DNA of 64,000 bases, taken from the NCBI GenBank assembly GCA_035546615.1, contig DASZWM010000002.1, positions 15,460 through 79,459 of the forward strand, given 5' to 3'. This document shows, piece after piece, positions 9,047-18,540 of this stretch. The notes below the pieces were generated by a model, which saw only the letters and a program-made list of their open reading frames with translations, was not told the DNA's origin and ran no database searches. Every line of letters starts with the position of its first letter. Position 1 is the stretch's first letter. The stretch is from Minisyncoccota bacterium (GTDB taxonomy: Bacteria > Patescibacteriota > Minisyncoccia > Phycocordibacterales > SBAW01). The position numbers and the translations under genes are program-made.

Positions 9047-9289
9047 TCACACTGAGCCTTTGTCTTCGCCTCGGCGTTTGCCGTCGGGGTATTTGTGGTC
9101 GATAGCGTGCGGGCGATAGACGTCCTTTTCGGGAAGCGGTGTTCGATCCGGCCGAAGGCTCGCGTGCTCCGGCCCGGCAGGCAGACTGGCGCGTGCCCGG
9201 GCGAGCGCCTCGTCTATTTTCCGCTCCCGTTCCTCTTCTTCTGTTTCTGTTCGCACTGTTCGTACTCCTCGTAACCGACTCCGCATCAT
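9047..9289 (-). CDS. hypothetical charged protein (short form of ORF 9047..9517)
   Basis: MMRSRLRGV...EEEERERKIDEALARA. A hairpin (9008-9040) follows the stop. No clear RBS. Confidence 0.2.
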   Translation of the reverse strand: MMRSRLRGVRTVRTETEEEERERKIDEALARARASLPAGPEHASLRPDRTPLPEKDVYRPHAIDHKYPDGKRRGEDKGSV

Positions 9290-9376
9290 ACAACAAGGCG
9301 CGAATATGCAAAGTTCTGGGGCATCTGGGGGCGTTTTAAAGAGGCAAAATGCGGCAAAATATGCTATACTAAACGC

Positions 9377-9997
9377 ATGGTTATCAGCTATTTGGGGGGC
9401 CAGAATATCAAGGTCACGCAAGGGGATTTGACCCTTTCCTTCAACCCTCCGTCCAAGGACTCCGGCCTCAAGTCGGCGAAGTTCGGCTCCGACATCGTAT
9501 TCGTTTCGACCGACCACGAAGACTTCAACGGCGTTGAGAACGCGAGCTTCGGCGAACGTGAGCCGTTCGCGATAAAAGGCCCGGGCGAGTACGAGGTCCG
9601 GGGGGTCGCGGTGCGCGGCTTCGGCATGCCCACCGAATACGGCGGCAGCCCCGGCATCAATACTATATATAGCGTGGTGCTTGAAGGCATGAACCTCTGC
9701 TTCCTCGGCGCTCTCTCAAATTCAGAGCTTCCGCAGGCGGCCAAGCAGGAGCTCGACGACATCGATATCCTCTTCCTTCCCGTTGGCGGCGAAGGCATTG
9801 TCGATACGGCGGCCGGGTACAAGCTTGCGGTACAATTGGAGCCGAAAGCGGTCGTGCCCATGCCGATGGACGACGGGGCTTTGAAGAAATTCCTGAAGGA
9901 GGCGGGCGCGGAGGACACGAAGCCAACCGACAAGCTCACGCTTAAAAAGAAGGACCTCGACGGCAAACAGGGCGAAATAATGGTGCTCGCCGCATAA
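9377..9997 (+). CDS. metallo-beta-lactamase-fold hydrolase (UPF0173-like)
   Basis: VFVSTDHEDFNG, DILFLPVGG and a beta-rich layout typical of small MBL-fold proteins. Confidence 0.65.
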   Translation: MVISYLGGQNIKVTQGDLTLSFNPPSKDSGLKSAKFGSDIVFVSTDHEDFNGVENASFGEREPFAIKGPGEYEVRGVAVRGFGMPTEYGGSPGINTIYSVVLEGMNLCFLGALSNSELPQAAKQELDDIDILFLPVGGEGIVDTAAGYKLAVQLEPKAVVPMPMDDGALKKFLKEAGAEDTKPTDKLTLKKKDLDGKQGEIMVLAA

Positions 9998-10001
9998 CGA
10001 T

Positions 10002-10259
10002 ATGAAAAAGCTTATCGAAAAACTTCGCGCAGAAAGGACTCCGCATGAGCGGCGCCAAATTTCCATGCAGGTGGCCGGCGTCATGACCGCGATACTCTTT
10101 GTCGGCTGGATAGGCACGCTCGGCGTGCGCCTGGCCGGCAGCGCGCAGCCCGCAAGCGATTCGTCGCAGGCCGCGGCAACCCTGGAGGCGGTGCAGGGAA
10201 GCGCCACCTCGACATCGACGTTCCTTCCCGGGTACTCTGGATACTCAAACGGATTCTAA
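10002..10259 (+). CDS. small membrane protein
   Basis: One TM helix (VAGVMTAILFVGWIGTLGV). Packed between the MBL gene and gyrA. Confidence 0.45.
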   Translation: MKKLIEKLRAERTPHERRQISMQVAGVMTAILFVGWIGTLGVRLAGSAQPASDSSQAAATLEAVQGSATSTSTFLPGYSGYSNGF

Positions 10260-10265
10260 CCTTCC

Positions 10266-12749
10266 ATGGCTGACGACGAAACAAAGAAAGACCCCAAAGA
10301 CGGCCGCACTGACGGCGGCACCGGCATAGTCGGGCGCAACATCTCCACCGAGATGCGCGAGAGCTTCATCGACTACGCGATGTCGGTCATTACCGACCGC
10401 GCGCTTCCTGATGTGCGCGACGGATTGAAGCCCGTGCACCGCCGCATCCTCTACACCATGCATCGCCTGGGGCTCACGCCTTCGGCGCGCTTCCGCAAGT
10501 CGGCGCTCGTGGTGGGCGACGTGCTCGGCAAATACCATCCGCACGGCGACGCGTCCGTATACGACGCGATGGTAAAAATGGCGCAGGAGTTCTCCATGCG
10601 CTATCCGCTCGTGCTCGGCCAGGGCAACTTTGGTTCCGTGGACGGCGACTCGGCCGCCGCCATGCGCTACACCGAAGCGAAGATGTCCCGCATGGCGGAG
10701 CAGCTCCTCGGCGATATCGAAAAGGAAACTATCGACTGGCGCCCCAACTACGACGGCAGCCTCAAGGAGCCGGTGGTGCTTCCGGCCGCGGTGCCCAACA
10801 TTTTGCTTAACGGCACGCTCGGCATCGCTGTGGGTATGGCCACCTCTATCCCGCCGCACAACCTCACCGAGCTCTCAAACGCGCTCGTGCACCTTATTGA
10901 GAATCCCGAGGCGACGGTAGAGGACCTCATGCAGTTCGTCACCGGCCCCGACTTCCCAACAGGTGCGCTCGTATTTAATAAGAAGGACCTGCTCCACGCG
11001 TACACCACCGGCAAGGGCGGCGTGGTTACCCGCGGCGTTGCCGAAATTGTGGAGGGCAAGAAGGGCGACTATCAGATAGTCATTACCTCCATACCGTACC
11101 GCGTGAACAAGGCCGACATGATAATGCGCGTAGCCGACCTCGTGCACGAGAAGAAGCTCGAGGGCATCCGCGGCCTGCGCGACGAGTCCACCAAGGACAT
11201 CCGCATCGTAGTAGACCTGAAGCAGGGCGCGCATCCGCAGAAGGTGCTCAACTACCTCTACAAGCACACGGCGCTCGAGGACACGTTCCACTTCAACATG
11301 GTCGTGCTCGTGGACGGCGTGCCCCAGACCCTGTCGCTGAAGGGGATACTGCAGGAATTCATCAAGCACCGCCAGGACGTCGTGCGCCGCCGCACGCAGT
11401 ACGACCTTACGCAGGCGCAGGCCCGCGAGCATATATTGCTCGGCCTCAAGAAGGCGCTCGACCATATCGACGAGATAATCAAGCTCATCCGCGCATCCCG
11501 GGACGTGGCCGACGCACACGCAAACCTGATGAAGAAGTTCAAGTTCTCCGAACTGCAGGCGACCGCCATTCTTGAAATGCGCCTCCAGAAGCTCGCCAAC
11601 CTCGAGCGCAAGAAGATAGAGGACGAATTGAAAGAGGTTCAGGCCCTTATCGAAGAGCTCACGAGCCTGCTGAAGAGCGAAAAGAAGATGATGACGGTCA
11701 TCCGCGGCGAAATAGAGGACATCAACAAGAAATACGGCGACGAGCGCAACACCAAGGTGGTAAAGGGCGCGGCAGGCGTCATTAACGTCGAGGACCTCGT
11801 GCCCGACGAGGAGCAAGTGCTCGTGCTCACCCAGGGCGGCTATGTAAAGCGCACCAACCCCGACGAGTTCCGCAAGCAAAAGCGCGGCGGCGTGGGCGTC
11901 ATCGACCTCGATACCAAGGAGGAGGACTTCGTAACGAACTTCCTCACGACCTCGACGCACTCGGACCTGCTCTTTTTCACCAACGCGGGCAAGGCGTACC
12001 AGCTGAAGTTCTACGAGATCCCCGAAGGCAAGCGCTCCACCAAGGGCCGCCCTATTGTGAACTTCCTCTCCGTTACCCCCGAAGAGCGCGTTACCTCGGT
12101 GCTCCCTATGCGCAAGAACCAGAAGGAGGGCGAGAAATTCCTCTACATGATAACCAAGCAGGGCGTCGTGAAGAAATGCGACGCGACTGCCTTCCACGAT
12201 GTGCGCCGCTCCGGCCTCATCGCGCAGAAGCTCCAGAAGAACGACGAGCTCATCGCGGCACTCTTGGTGGAGAAGGGCGATGAAATATTCCTTTCGACCG
12301 CCAAGGGGCAGTCTATCCGCTTCAAGGAGTCCGACGTGCGCCCGATGGGCCGCGCGGCCGGAGGCGTGCGCGGCATGAAGCTCAGCGGCGGCGATACCAT
12401 CGTGGGTGCCGATGTGGTTAAGAAGGGAGTAAAGAACCAGGAAGTGCTCGTCATTTCACGCAACGGCTACGGCAAGACGACCGCGACCGAAGAATATAAG
12501 AACCAGAACCGCGGCGGCTCCGGCATCAAGACCATGAATATGACCCCCAAGACCGGCCCGCTTATCGCTGCGCGCATCATCACCAAGGAAGATGGCGTGG
12601 GTGAGGACGAGATCGTGGTCATATCTAAAAAAGGCCAGGTCATCCGCACCGAGCTTAAGGAGATCCCCAGCCTTTCCCGCAGCACGCAGGGCGTACGCGT
12701 TATGAAGCTCCGCGAAGGCGATGCGATAGCAAGCTTCGTTTGTCTATAG
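10266..12749 (+). CDS. gyrA: DNA gyrase subunit A
   Basis: [27 protein letters not shown] (active-site Tyr) and C-terminal beta-pinwheel repeats. Confidence 0.97.
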   Translation: MADDETKKDPKDGRTDGGTGIVGRNISTEMRESFIDYAMSVITDRALPDVRDGLKPVHRRILYTMHRLGLTPSARFRKSALVVGDVLGKYHPHGDASVYDAMVKMAQEFSMRYPLVLGQGNFGSVDGDSAAAMRYTEAKMSRMAEQLLGDIEKETIDWRPNYDGSLKEPVVLPAAVPNILLNGTLGIAVGMATSIPPHNLTELSNALVHLIENPEATVEDLMQFVTGPDFPTGALVFNKKDLLHAYTTGKGGVVTRGVAEIVEGKKGDYQIVITSIPYRVNKADMIMRVADLVHEKKLEGIRGLRDESTKDIRIVVDLKQGAHPQKVLNYLYKHTALEDTFHFNMVVLVDGVPQTLSLKGILQEFIKHRQDVVRRRTQYDLTQAQAREHILLGLKKALDHIDEIIKLIRASRDVADAHANLMKKFKFSELQATAILEMRLQKLANLERKKIEDELKEVQALIEELTSLLKSEKKMMTVIRGEIEDINKKYGDERNTKVVKGAAGVINVEDLVPDEEQVLVLTQGGYVKRTNPDEFRKQKRGGVGVIDLDTKEEDFVTNFLTTSTHSDLLFFTNAGKAYQLKFYEIPEGKRSTKGRPIVNFLSVTPEERVTSVLPMRKNQKEGEKFLYMITKQGVVKKCDATAFHDVRRSGLIAQKLQKNDELIAALLVEKGDEIFLSTAKGQSIRFKESDVRPMGRAAGGVRGMKLSGGDTIVGADVVKKGVKNQEVLVISRNGYGKTTATEEYKNQNRGGSGIKTMNMTPKTGPLIAARIITKEDGVGEDEIVVISKKGQVIRTELKEIPSLSRSTQGVRVMKLREGDAIASFVCL

Positions 12750-12752
12750 GAT

Positions 12753-13346
12753 ATGGATACTACCACTCAGGCGTATCTTGAAATTCTGGAGAAAACAAAT
12801 CAGCAATTAAGTCTTTGGTATAACCCATATGGTCTAATGGTGGCAGTATTGACTGGCCTAGTAGCGGCACTTGCAATTGTTTTTGCTTTTATTTTATGGA
12901 GACAGCAGAAAGAATATAAAGATGCTTTTAAAGATTTTCTCGCTGAACGTAAAAAGTTCGCCAATAGTGAGATAGCAAAGGCAATAGTAGAAGCCGGAAA
13001 AGTGCTTGACGATAAAATTATAGAAGCGGACAAACAACTCAAAGATATAAAAGACTCAAGTAGCAAAACAAAAAAAGACATTGAGAAGGAAATTCAAGAA
13101 CTCAAAAAGTCCAGAGAATCTTTGCAGTCAGGTAGTGCGATTTTTCGTAGTGGAGGTGTGAGCGGCCCAATATATGGCACCGCTGCGAGTTCTATTTTGG
13201 GAGTAGCTTCTGGCGCGAATAGTACAACCGTTTGGGATCCAACTTCTAGTGTATTTAGTGCTGTTGGTAAAATATGTGGTTTTTGTGGAACTCAGAATTA
13301 TCCTGGCGCACAATTCTGTTTCTCTTGTGGGAACCCCCTTGGATAA
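12753..13346 (+). CDS. membrane-anchored coiled-coil protein with C-terminal zinc ribbon
   Basis: TM helix MVAVLTGLVAALAIVFAFILW, a Lys/Glu-rich helix, and C-terminal CGFCGTQNYPGAQFCFSCGNPL. First gene of the AT-rich island. Confidence 0.6.
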   Translation: MDTTTQAYLEILEKTNQQLSLWYNPYGLMVAVLTGLVAALAIVFAFILWRQQKEYKDAFKDFLAERKKFANSEIAKAIVEAGKVLDDKIIEADKQLKDIKDSSSKTKKDIEKEIQELKKSRESLQSGSAIFRSGGVSGPIYGTAASSILGVASGANSTTVWDPTSSVFSAVGKICGFCGTQNYPGAQFCFSCGNPLG

Positions 13347-13383
13347 AAAGTTCTTGTCTTCCTAGAAAGAATCTAATCACTAT

Positions 13384-14358
13384 ATGAAAATAAAGATTGA
13401 AGAATTGCGGCAATTAATGGTTAAAATTCTTGCGGGCAAGTATTACTCGCAGGAGGAGGCAGAAAAGATTGCCGAAGTTTTTCTTTATGCTGAATTGTCC
13501 GGTAAAAATACACAAGGAGTTCTTAAACTTCTTGGTTCTGAGCCGGCTCAAAATATACAGCCCAAGTATCTTCCTAAGATTATAAAAGAGACAAAAGTAT
13601 CTGCGCTTGTAGACGGAGGCGGAGCGGCCGGACCTTTGGCAGCTCAATTTGCACTAGATAAGGCGATTTCATTGGCTAAAGAGACTGGAGTAGGAATTGT
13701 GGGTTTAAACAATACTTTTTCTAGCGTAGGAGTTATGGGATTTTATGCTCGCAAGATGGCCCAAGCAAATCTGATAAGTATTGTGAGTGCAAGTTCACCC
13801 AGAGCAATTGTTCCTGCGGGAGGTATTGAGCCAGCTTTTGGCACAAACCCCATAGCATTTGGTTTCCCTACAGAAGAATATCCAATCGTTTTTGATATGG
13901 CGTCTTCGGCTATCACTTGGTATGGGCTTGTTCGTGCAAAAGCCCTTGGTCAAAAGCTACCCGAAAATGTCGCGATTGATAAAGAAGGAAACATAACAAC
14001 TGATCCTGAGGCGGCAATGGCTGGAGCTATTTTACCTTTTGATCGCTCTTACAAAGGTTCTGGGCTGGCTATGGTCGTTGAACTCTTAGCGGGAGCTTTT
14101 ACAGGTGCATCGGTTGTATTTGACGAAGGTGACTGGGGAACTTCCTTTATTGCCTTTAGTCCCGATCTTGTTATTGGCACTGAGCAATTCAAGAAAAAGT
14201 CCTCAGAGCTGGTAAAGAAAGTAAAAGCAGGCAAAACCAAAGCAGGAGAGAGCATACATATCGCCGGTTATGACAGCGAGGCAAAGCTAAAAGAGATCAA
14301 TGATTCAGGAGAGATAGAGATTGAAGATAAAATTCTCGATCAACTAAAGACTTTGTAA
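13384..14358 (+). CDS. Ldh_2 family malate/L-lactate/sulfolactate-type dehydrogenase
   Basis: AEVFLYAELSGKNTQGV, GFPTEEYPIVFDMASS and SYKGSGLAMVVELLAG resemble the Ldh_2 family. Confidence 0.75.
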   Translation: MKIKIEELRQLMVKILAGKYYSQEEAEKIAEVFLYAELSGKNTQGVLKLLGSEPAQNIQPKYLPKIIKETKVSALVDGGGAAGPLAAQFALDKAISLAKETGVGIVGLNNTFSSVGVMGFYARKMAQANLISIVSASSPRAIVPAGGIEPAFGTNPIAFGFPTEEYPIVFDMASSAITWYGLVRAKALGQKLPENVAIDKEGNITTDPEAAMAGAILPFDRSYKGSGLAMVVELLAGAFTGASVVFDEGDWGTSFIAFSPDLVIGTEQFKKKSSELVKKVKAGKTKAGESIHIAGYDSEAKLKEINDSGEIEIEDKILDQLKTL

Positions 14359-14365
14359 TAAGAAT

Positions 14366-14905
14366 ATGAAATTTGGGAACTTGAAATTTGCGCCTGCCAT
14401 TGAACACCCAGAACTTTTGGCTGCTCCTGTTGCTAGTGCACTTACGAGTTTGTCCATCGCTGATGTTGGTGTCGCAGAAATCGACCCAGCTCTCTCCGAC
14501 ACCGCAGCATTTTGCGAGAAGTACGCCGTTGTGCCTGCCCAGGCTGCTAATTGTGTAGTGCTTAAGTACAAAAAAGGCGAAGAGTCGGCCTTTGTCGCAT
14601 GCGTGATTTTGGCAACCACTCGTGCTGATGTGAACGGCCTGGTGCGCAAGGTACTCGACATCAAAAAGATTTCTTTTGCGCCCATGGAGGAAGCCGTGGC
14701 AGGAAGCTCGATGGAATTTGGAGCAATAACTCCTATCGGTTTACCAGCTAATTGGCCAATTTTAATAGACAAAGCCGTTGTCGATTCTCCTGGGGTTATA
14801 ATCGGGAGCGGAATTCGCAAATCTAAATTAGGTTTACCGGGCAGAGTTCTTGCTTCACTGCCGAACATACAAATACTTGAAGGGCTAGGTCAGGTAAAGA
14901 CATAA
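14366..14905 (+). CDS. YbaK/EbsC-type aminoacyl-tRNA deacylase domain protein
   Basis: NCVVLKYKK..., FAPMEEAVAGSSMEFGAITPIGLP, IIGSG. Layout matches the YbaK/ProRS-editing family. Confidence 0.65.
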   Translation: MKFGNLKFAPAIEHPELLAAPVASALTSLSIADVGVAEIDPALSDTAAFCEKYAVVPAQAANCVVLKYKKGEESAFVACVILATTRADVNGLVRKVLDIKKISFAPMEEAVAGSSMEFGAITPIGLPANWPILIDKAVVDSPGVIIGSGIRKSKLGLPGRVLASLPNIQILEGLGQVKT

Positions 14906-14912
14906 TAAATAT

Positions 14913-15167
14913 ATGAGCAAAGGAGATACAGTACCGCCAGTTCCTTCGGACGCTCCTCAGGTAGGAGAGGTCTTTAAGCATTACAAAGGGGACCCATACC
15001 GCGTCGTAGCGCTCGCGCTCCATTCCAACGACGACGAGTGGATGGTGGTGTACGAGCCCATATACGAAAATCCGGCCGCGCCCATGTTTACCCGGCCGGT
15101 TCGGGAGTGGGGAGAGGAAGTAGAGTGGGAAGGCAAAAAAGTGAAGCGCTTTCAAAAAACAGCTTAA
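14913..15167 (+). CDS. DUF1653-like small protein
   Basis: FKHYKGDPYRVVALALHSNDDEWMVVYEPIY...MFTRPVREW matches the DUF1653 pattern. Confidence 0.6.
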   Translation: MSKGDTVPPVPSDAPQVGEVFKHYKGDPYRVVALALHSNDDEWMVVYEPIYENPAAPMFTRPVREWGEEVEWEGKKVKRFQKTA

Positions 15168-15199
15168 TTCTTTATTTTAGCTTTTTGCAAAAAACTAAA

Positions 15200-15604
15200 A
15201 TGAAAAAGACCGTCATCTTCGACATGTACGGCGTGCTGGTGCGCCGGAACTTTTTCATAAACGAGGAGGAAGATACGGAGATGGTCGCGCTTGTGCGGGA
15301 GCTTAAAGAAAGGGGAACTCAGCTTCTGCTACTTTCCAATATCTATATATGGAACTCGGCGCACTTCAAAAGGAAGTACCGCTTTTTGGAGCTGTTCGAC
15401 AGGCTCTACTTCTCTTCCGACACTCACTTTTCCAAGCCCGACCCGGCGGCATTCCGAATGGTGCTTGAGGAAAATAACCTAAGCTCCGAAGACTGCGTCT
15501 TTTTTGACGACACAAAGGCCAATGTAGAAGGGGCGAAAGCCCTCGGCATAGAAGCGTATGTGTTTGAAGGCCCGGATGCGACAAGAAAAGCATTGGGTAT
15601 GTAG
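15200..15604 (+). CDS. HAD-superfamily hydrolase
   Basis: MKKTVIFDMYGVL (DxYG motif I) and FFDDTKANVEGA (motif IV). Start moved to the internal ATG at 15200 of ORF 15038..15604. Confidence 0.75.
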   Translation: MKKTVIFDMYGVLVRRNFFINEEEDTEMVALVRELKERGTQLLLLSNIYIWNSAHFKRKYRFLELFDRLYFSSDTHFSKPDPAAFRMVLEENNLSSEDCVFFDDTKANVEGAKALGIEAYVFEGPDATRKALGM

Positions 15605-15670
15605 GAGAGGGACGAAAAGGGATATTTAATGCTATAACACCGGAAGATGAATAGTGGAAAGGGGGCAGCG

Positions 15671-16066
15671 ATGCCGAAAATCGAAATCGACAAGATGATG
15701 CTGGCTCGGGTGGAGGGGAGAAAGCTCCTGTTCGCCCGCACGCGCGGCCTGGATACCTTTTACAGCCTGGGCGGCAAGCGCGAGCCGGGCGAAACGGATG
15801 AGCAGGCACTGGTACGCGAAGTGCTGGAAGAGGCGAACGTCCGCATAGACCCCGCTACCATTAAGCACGTACAGACCTTTGAAGGGCCCGCCCCGGACGG
15901 CCGTTGGATGCGCATGACCTGCTACGACGCGGAATTTGAGGGCGTCATGACGCCTTCAAGCGAAATAGAGGAGTTCAAATATCTGAGCTCAACCGATAAG
16001 CAGCTGACAACCCAGATGGGCGCCATGCTCCTGGACTGGTTCAAGGAACAAGACCTCATCGACTGA
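15671..16066 (+). CDS. NUDIX hydrolase
   Basis: Nudix box GGKREPGETDEQALVREVLEEANV. A G-rich RBS lies before the ATG at 15671. Confidence 0.85.
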   Translation: MPKIEIDKMMLARVEGRKLLFARTRGLDTFYSLGGKREPGETDEQALVREVLEEANVRIDPATIKHVQTFEGPAPDGRWMRMTCYDAEFEGVMTPSSEIEEFKYLSSTDKQLTTQMGAMLLDWFKEQDLID

Positions 16067-16111
16067 CAATATTCGTTCTATACTATAGCCAGTCTGAACA
16101 GGGAGAAATAC

Positions 16112-16306
16112 ATGAGCGATCGGCGAGATTTCGACGACAGCGACTTTCCAATCCGCGGTGGGGGAAAGCAGCCGTGGAGCTTAAAGATCTCGCGCCAGGA
16201 AGTGGAAGCCGCCGTAGAGGAGGGCAACCTTCTGCGCATGCTCGACCAAGAAGTGACTGTGACGCCGGAGGTCATCCTGATGATCGAAGCAGCACGTCGC
16301 TTATAG
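16112..16306 (+). CDS. small hypothetical protein
   Basis: 64 aa, GGGAGA RBS, followed by a strong hairpin. Confidence 0.4.
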   Translation: MSDRRDFDDSDFPIRGGGKQPWSLKISRQEVEAAVEEGNLLRMLDQEVTVTPEVILMIEAARRL

Positions 16307-16326
16307 GCGACTTCGCCACTGAAAAC

Positions 16327-16359
16327 TAAAAGGCCGCCCATGGGCGGCCTTTTGCTTTT
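16327..16359. terminator. bidirectional terminator
   Basis: AAAAGGCCGCCCATGGGCGGCCTTTTGCTTTT, a perfect palindrome flanked by an A-run and a T-run. Confidence 0.75.
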
Positions 16360-16385
16360 GTCGTAAGGAACAGGTCGGGCCATAG

Positions 16386-17033
16386 CTAGGCCGTGCGGAA
16401 GCGCCCCGCGCCAACCCACTCGTCTTGGCCCTTGGGCTTGGGGTAGTCGTAGCGCTCGCGAGCCGACCAGACGTCGACCCGGTGACAGAACGAAGCTAGC
16501 TCGTTCATAACCCGGCGCTTGGACGAGTAGTCCGTGTACTCGCCCTCCACGTACGTCAGCGCGTTCATCTGGTAGTCGGTGAGAACGATTCCGTATTCGC
16601 GCAGCTTCTGCTCGCGGAAGCGCCGGAACGCCTCCTTGGTCTGCAAGCCTTCCGCGTTGCTGGCTTCTCCGTTCTTAACTTGGATTCGCCACGGCTTCTC
16701 CAGGTCGTGAAGGAAGAATATCAGCGTGAAATCGTCGAGCTCAAAGCGCATTGGCCTTCCGAAGGCCTTCTCGAACTCGTACAGGTGTCGCCCGTAGTTG
16801 AGGCCGTCGGTGATGTGGTCGATGTAGCCGCCTGCCCACGTTTGATGGTTGTGGGTTGAACCCTGAGCCTTCTCGAAGAGCTTGCGATTATCCTGCAGGA
16901 TGCGTTCGCAAGCGCCCCTCAGGCTGGTATCGCGGATATGAGTCAGGCATTCATCGATAGTTTCGTAGTCGAAACCGAGGTTTATGGTCCGCACGGCTGT
17001 CTCCCTGGGTTTTGAAAGGACTGTTTTTACCAT
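16386..17033 (-). CDS. hypothetical protein, possible HD-type metal-dependent phosphohydrolase
   Basis: STHNHQTWAGGYIDH ... FFLHDLEKP gives an H...HD pattern. Assignment is tentative. Confidence 0.45.
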   Translation of the reverse strand: MVKTVLSKPRETAVRTINLGFDYETIDECLTHIRDTSLRGACERILQDNRKLFEKAQGSTHNHQTWAGGYIDHITDGLNYGRHLYEFEKAFGRPMRFELDDFTLIFFLHDLEKPWRIQVKNGEASNAEGLQTKEAFRRFREQKLREYGIVLTDYQMNALTYVEGEYTDYSSKRRVMNELASFCHRVDVWSARERYDYPKPKGQDEWVGAGRFRTA

Positions 17034-17075
17034 ACCACCTTGTAAGGTTTTAATGAACGGCGCGTCAAAAGGGGT

Positions 17076-17495
17076 ATGAAATTACAATTTTTTGCGGGAT
17101 TTTTAGTAGCTATCTTGGCACTTGTGGGCGTTTGGGCGTATGCCTCTTGGGACCGCAACAAGATGCTGGACGGACAGGCGAACCAAAATATAGTTTCTAA
17201 TGACGCCTCATCTTCTCCCGCGACCGGCGGCAAAAAGTCGCCTACTTCGGAAACTTTGACCGGCACCATTGAGTGCCTCCCGCATAAGGGCGACGGCCCC
17301 CACACTATGGAATGCGCCGTCGGCATCAAGACCGACCAGGGCCAGCACTACGCCCTCACCATGTTCGACTATCCGTCCGCTGCCGACGTTGGCGACCATG
17401 TGAAGCTCGTCGGAGTTACCGTAACTACAGACGAACTTCATGCGAGCTATGACATAGTCGGTACATTCCAGGTCGCAAGCGTTGAAAAGATATGA
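17076..17495 (+). CDS. membrane-anchored hypothetical protein
   Basis: N-terminal TM helix FFAGFLVAILALVGVWAYA and a Cys pair (CLPH...MEC). Confidence 0.5.
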   Translation: MKLQFFAGFLVAILALVGVWAYASWDRNKMLDGQANQNIVSNDASSSPATGGKKSPTSETLTGTIECLPHKGDGPHTMECAVGIKTDQGQHYALTMFDYPSAADVGDHVKLVGVTVTTDELHASYDIVGTFQVASVEKI

Positions 17496-17608
17496 AAGCG
17501 CGCATCGTAAAAATGAAAAACGAATACGGAGGGGAGCTGACGGTCATCCTGATAGCGCTTGCGGCGGTATTGGCCTACGCGTTCTGGGGCTCGCTGCTCA
17601 TCAAGTAA
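17492..17608 (+). CDS. unannotated 38-aa single-TM micro-ORF
   Basis: Own translation: MKARIVKMKNEYGGELTVILIALAAVLAYAFWGSLLIK. ATGA overlap with the upstream stop, and a hairpin follows directly. Confidence 0.3.
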   Translation: MKARIVKMKNEYGGELTVILIALAAVLAYAFWGSLLIK

Positions 17609-17616
17609 TAACAGTA

Positions 17617-17636
17617 CAAGCCCCCGCGGGGGCTTG
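17617..17636. terminator. shared hairpin between convergent genes
   Basis: CAAGCCCCCGCGGGGGCTTG palindrome. The flanking T-run is weak. Confidence 0.4.
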
Positions 17637-17637
17637 T

Positions 17638-17901
17638 TTAGAATTCGCGACCGAACCATTTCCCCTGATGCGGAGGCGCATCGTCCTCCATATCGCCCGG
17701 GGATGTGCTGACCGCCGCCTTTCGCATAAGAGCCGTCTGGATGATGGTGTTGAGGTGCTCCGCTCTCGCGCGGTAGACAAGCACCGCGCCTCTCTTCACG
17801 TCATATCGCCGGTAGGCCTTGATCCCTGCCGCCGTCAATTCGCGGCGTATCGCCAGAACCGTTCTCTTGGCGGCTCTGACTTTTAGAACAGTCTCCTTCA
17901 T
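17638..17901 (-). CDS. hypothetical basic protein (87 aa)
   Basis: Internal ATG of ORF 17638..18249 preceded by AGGAG. MKETVLKVRAAKRTVLAIRREL... Confidence 0.35.
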   Translation of the reverse strand: MKETVLKVRAAKRTVLAIRRELTAAGIKAYRRYDVKRGAVLVYRARAEHLNTIIQTALMRKAAVSTSPGDMEDDAPPHQGKWFGREF

Positions 17902-17973
17902 TGCCGCTCCTGCCGCAGTATGCGCCTGAACCGACACGACTATACCATGCGTTCGTGGGGTATACTTATACGC

Positions 17974-18531
17974 ATGGCAGAGAGTACTTTTTTGCACCCG
18001 GGTGCGGCGGTGCGAGCGGCCGGCATACATGAGGGGCTGCTCGTAGCCGACTTCGGGGCGGGGTCCGGCTTTTTTACCCGGGCGGCGGCGCGCGAGGTAG
18101 GCGATGCGGGCGCAGTGTGGGCGGTAGACCAGAATCGCGACCTGTTGCCGCGCATCAAGAACCTTTCGGCAGGCGAAGGACTCAACAATGTAGAGGTTAT
18201 GCACGGCGATATCGAGGTGGTGGGCGGCACCAACCTGCCGGAGAACCATTTCGACTTCGTTATTCTCGCCAACGTGCTTTTCATGCTCTCCGAGCGCGGC
18301 GAATGCATGGCGGAGATGCGCCGTGTGCTCAAAAAGACCGGCCGCGTTCTTGTTATCGACTGGAAGGATTCATTCGGGGGCCTTGGGCCGCATCCGGACC
18401 ATGTGATCACTCAGGAAGCGGCACAGGCGCTGTTTGAAAAGCACGGCTTCACCATGGGCCCCGCGGTGCCGGCGGGCGAGTATCATTGGGGATTTGTCGT
18501 TCGCAAAAAAGCCGCGCAGGGCGCATTATAG
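17974..18531 (+). CDS. class I SAM-dependent methyltransferase
   Basis: VADFGAGSGFFT (motif I), VWAVD and DFVILANVLF. Start uncertain (17947 or 17974). Confidence 0.8.
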   Translation: MAESTFLHPGAAVRAAGIHEGLLVADFGAGSGFFTRAAAREVGDAGAVWAVDQNRDLLPRIKNLSAGEGLNNVEVMHGDIEVVGGTNLPENHFDFVILANVLFMLSERGECMAEMRRVLKKTGRVLVIDWKDSFGGLGPHPDHVITQEAAQALFEKHGFTMGPAVPAGEYHWGFVVRKKAAQGAL

Positions 18532-18540
18532 ATACAGGAT

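Noticed and set aside
9047-9517. 156-aa ORF on the minus strand spanning the start of the MBL-fold gene.
   Set aside because: Its 5' half overlaps the well-supported plus-strand gene 9377..9997 and its upstream region. At most, only the distal 80 codons (9047..9289) are plausible.
17638-18249. 203-aa minus-strand ORF opposite the SAM-methyltransferase gene.
   Set aside because: The upstream two thirds are antisense to a gene with clear methyltransferase motifs. Only the last 87 codons, which have an AGGAG RBS, were kept, and at low confidence.
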